Positions 61,178 to 64,000 of a stretch of 64,000 nt of DNA are shown piece by piece. The notes beneath the pieces were generated by a model that saw nothing but the letters and a program-made list of their open reading frames with translations, was not told where the DNA came from and ran no database searches. The position numbers were made by a program, and so were the translations under genes. The DNA lies in assembly GCA_000817115.1 (NCBI GenBank), contig JUEO01000004.1, forward strand, positions 1,067-65,066. Reading direction: 5' to 3'. The DNA is from a marine actinobacterium MedAcidi-G2B (GTDB lineage Bacteria; Actinomycetota; Acidimicrobiia; Acidimicrobiales; MedAcidi-G1). Position 1 is the first letter of the stretch. Every line of letters starts with the position of its first letter.

Positions 61178-61969
61178 GTGACACTTCCGCGTTTTTCCCC
61201 AGATTCAGATCCAGGGCCTGATTTCCTCGGCCTTCTACAGCGTCTTGAGCGTTCTCCTAGCTGGGATGGCGTTCCAGCAGATGCGACTCAAATAACCCAC
61301 GGGACAACAGTAGTAGCAATACAGACTTTAGATGGGGTTGTTATGTCCGGTGACCGTCGCGCCACTTCTGGCCATCTAATCAGCCACCGCACAATTGAAA
61401 AAGTCTTTCCTGCAGATCAACATTCTGGAGTAGCGATTGCAGGGGCTGCAGGCCCTGCCATGGAAATGGTTCGCCTATTCCAATTACAAATAGAACATTA
61501 TGAAAAAGTTGAAGGGCGACCTTTGAGTCTTGACGGAAAGGCTAATCAACTCAGCCAAATGCTTCGAAATAACCTTCCGGCTGCACTCCAAGGCTTAGGA
61601 GTTGTGCCAATTTTTGCCGGATTTGATGAAAAGCTTCAAAAGGGTCGACTCTTTGAATTTGATATCACGGGAGGTCGGTATGAAGAAAAAGATTTTGCGG
61701 CCTCTGGATCTGGAAGCCTTCATGCAAGTACAGTGCTCAAACTTCGACACAATGGGAAATTATCGACTGACGAAGGAATAGATTTATCAATAGAAGCCCT
61801 GTTCCATGCCGCAGACGAAGATAGTGCTACCGGTGGACCCGACCCAATACGTGGGATTTACCCAGTGGTTGCTGTTATTAATTCAAGTGGTTTCACCAGA
61901 ATTGAAGATTCTGAACTGGCTACTCGCACTAATACCTTGGTTGAAAAAATAGCTGGAGAACGATCATGA
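61178..61969 (+). CDS. prcB: 20S proteasome beta subunit
   Basis: Propeptide then HG/TT, GDRRAT, GSGS; GTG 61178. Confidence 0.95.
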   Translation: MTLPRFSPDSDPGPDFLGLLQRLERSPSWDGVPADATQITHGTTVVAIQTLDGVVMSGDRRATSGHLISHRTIEKVFPADQHSGVAIAGAAGPAMEMVRLFQLQIEHYEKVEGRPLSLDGKANQLSQMLRNNLPAALQGLGVVPIFAGFDEKLQKGRLFEFDITGGRYEEKDFAASGSGSLHASTVLKLRHNGKLSTDEGIDLSIEALFHAADEDSATGGPDPIRGIYPVVAVINSSGFTRIEDSELATRTNTLVEKIAGERS

Positions 61970-62649
61970 ATATGCCAATGTATGTATCTCCTGAGCAGTT
62001 AATGAAAGACAGAGCTGACTACGCTCGAAAAGGAATAACTCGTGGCCGTGCCGCAATAGTTTCAGTTTTTTCAGACGGTGTACTCTTATGCGCCGAAAAC
62101 CCATCAAACACTCTTCGGAAAATTGGCGAAATATATGATCGCATCGGATTTATTGGAGTAGGAAAATACAACGAATTTGATCAATTACGCGTAGCTGGAG
62201 TCCGTCATGCTGACCTCAAAGGATATTCGTTTAGTCGAGAGGATGTAGATGCACGTTGGTTAGCGAATCAATACGCACAAACTCTTGGACAATATTTCAC
62301 TCATGAAATGAAACCCTTAGAAGTAGAGATAGCAATAGCGGAGATAGGAGAAGAAACTGGTTCTGATCAGATCTTCCATCTGCTCTATGACGGAACTGTT
62401 ATGGACACGGAAACTTTCGTTGTCATTGGGGGCGAAACTGAAACAGTGAAGACTCGACTTGAAGAATCATGGAAGTCAAACCAGCCACTTACAGACATCT
62501 TAAATCAAGCAGTTAGCGCACTAGCCGGACCAGATCGAACTCTCAAAGCTGATGATTTGGAAGTCGCAGTACTCGGGCGCGGAAATGGGCGTCGAGCGTT
62601 TCGTCGTATCGAAAACGAAGCACTTGACGAACATTTAAGCGAAAATTAG
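61966..62649 (+). CDS. prcA: 20S proteasome alpha subunit
   Basis: [25 protein letters not shown]. Confidence 0.95.
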   Translation: MNMPMYVSPEQLMKDRADYARKGITRGRAAIVSVFSDGVLLCAENPSNTLRKIGEIYDRIGFIGVGKYNEFDQLRVAGVRHADLKGYSFSREDVDARWLANQYAQTLGQYFTHEMKPLEVEIAIAEIGEETGSDQIFHLLYDGTVMDTETFVVIGGETETVKTRLEESWKSNQPLTDILNQAVSALAGPDRTLKADDLEVAVLGRGNGRRAFRRIENEALDEHLSEN

Positions 62650-62654
62650 ACGAC

Positions 62655-64000
62655 GTGCAGCGCCGAATTTACGGCATAGAAACAGAATACGGAATTACTT
62701 GCACACAAGGTGGCCAGCGCCGACTTAGCCCTGACGAAGTAGCTAGATATTTATTTCGCCGGATACAGAATTGGGGCCGAAGTTCAAATGTATTTCTCCC
62801 GAACGGAGCTCGACTCTACTTAGACGTAGGTTCTCACCCTGAATATGCGACCCCAGAGTGTGATTCAGTTTCAGGAGTCATCTCTCATGATAAAGCAGGC
62901 GAGAGAATAGTTGAAGAACTGATGATTGGGGCGCAAGAGAAACTCAATGAAGAAGGAATCGATGGAGAAATACATATCTATAAAAACAACACCGATTCTG
63001 CAGGAAATTCTTACGGAAGTCACGAGAATTATCTGACAGTAAGAGATGATGACACTTCCATGATTGGTGAAACTCTTATTCCTTTTCTAGTTAGTAGACA
63101 AATATGGGCTGGGGCTGGCAAAGTACTTCAAACAGCTCGTGGCGCCATGTATTGCATTAGCCAACGCGCAGATCATGTGTGGGAAGATTTTTCCAGCGCC
63201 ACAACACGATCAAGACCCATCATTAACTCAAGAGACGAACCACATTCTGATGCGAACCTCTATAGACGCCTTCATGTGATCGTTGGTGATTCAAACATGA
63301 GTGAATATGCCAGTTTTTTAAAAGTAGCCGCATGTGGCCTAGTCCTGAGAATGGTAGAAGAGTCTGGAACAATTCTTCGCGACATGACTTTAGAGAATCC
63401 AATACGAGCGATTCGGGAAATAAGCCATGATGTGACCTGCCAAAGAACAGTTCGTCTAGTTAATGGCAGGGAACTTCGCGCATTAGACATGCAACGAGAA
63501 TTCCTTGACAGGGCCATACGTTTTTCCGACCACCATGAAATGTCTGTTGAAGAAAAAATGGCTTTAGAGATGTGGGAACATTGTCTGACAGCTATAGAAA
63601 AAGATCCCCTAACCTTAAGACGAGAATGTGATTGGGTAGCAAAATATCTCCTTATTGAGGAATACAGAGAACGTCATAATTTACCTTTAGCCGACCCCCG
63701 GTTAGCTCTTATGGATCTTCAATATCATGAAATACGAAAAGAAACGAGCCTTTTCTACCTTTTACAGAATCGCGATTTACTGGAAAGAACCCTCACAGAA
63801 TCTGAGATTGATGAAGCCATTTCCACAGCGCCTCAAACCACGCGAGCGCGACTCCGCGGAGAATTTATAAAACGAGCACGCGAACAAAACCGCGACTACA
63901 CAGTTGATTGGGTTCATTTGAAATTAAATGACCACCCACAGCAACGTAGTGTTCTCTGCAAAGACCCTTTTAAATTCGTAGATGAACGAGTAGAAAAGCT
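62655..64000 (+). CDS. pafA: Pup-protein ligase PafA (3' end just beyond the window; absent from the ORF track)
   Basis: GTG CAG CGC CGA ATT TAC GGC = [13 protein letters not shown]; [17 protein letters not shown]; ends ...[10 protein letters not shown]...CKDPF. Confidence 0.95.
   Translation, partial: MQRRIYGIETEYGITCTQGGQRRLSPDEVARYLFRRIQNWGRSSNVFLPNGARLYLDVGSHPEYATPECDSVSGVISHDKAGERIVEELMIGAQEKLNEEGIDGEIHIYKNNTDSAGNSYGSHENYLTVRDDDTSMIGETLIPFLVSRQIWAGAGKVLQTARGAMYCISQRADHVWEDFSSATTRSRPIINSRDEPHSDANLYRRLHVIVGDSNMSEYASFLKVAACGLVLRMVEESGTILRDMTLENPIRAIREISHDVTCQRTVRLVNGRELRALDMQREFLDRAIRFSDHHEMSVEEKMALEMWEHCLTAIEKDPLTLRRECDWVAKYLLIEEYRERHNLPLADPRLALMDLQYHEIRKETSLFYLLQNRDLLERTLTESEIDEAISTAPQTTRARLRGEFIKRAREQNRDYTVDWVHLKLNDHPQQRSVLCKDPFKFVDERVEK

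Overview
Compact, gene-dense chromosomal segment from an actinobacterium. The Pup-proteasome operon, fused FbiC, mycothione reductase and BldD-like regulator, together with a moderately AT-rich composition, suggest a streamlined Acidimicrobiia-type genome (the taxon is an inference). It carries mostly housekeeping genes: holA-rpsT-lepA-hrcA-dnaJ, bldD-like, secA, prfB, ftsEX, a garA/MerR cluster, aroC, lipid catabolism genes, GT-C glycosyltransferases, pyk, rnd, glcDEF, fbiC, tal-tkt, dacB, a nitrilase, trmI and arc-dop-pup-prcBA-pafA. I saw no mobile elements, CRISPR arrays, tRNAs or rRNAs. The standout is the only long gap, 33842-34583. It reads as a roughly 600-nt, highly structured non-coding RNA on the minus strand, with its own sigmaA-like promoter, about 11 stem-loops (UUCG/GAAA tetraloops, G-U pairs mostly favouring the minus strand), a long-range helix, repeated GGAGGACCGU linkers, a terminal hairpin plus U-tract, and upstream DnaA-box-like sites. 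It does not resemble any RNA family I can recognise by eye. Also notable are pervasive leaderless gene starts, a leaderless uORF coupled to ftsE, and a BldD homolog with an intact c-di-GMP motif.
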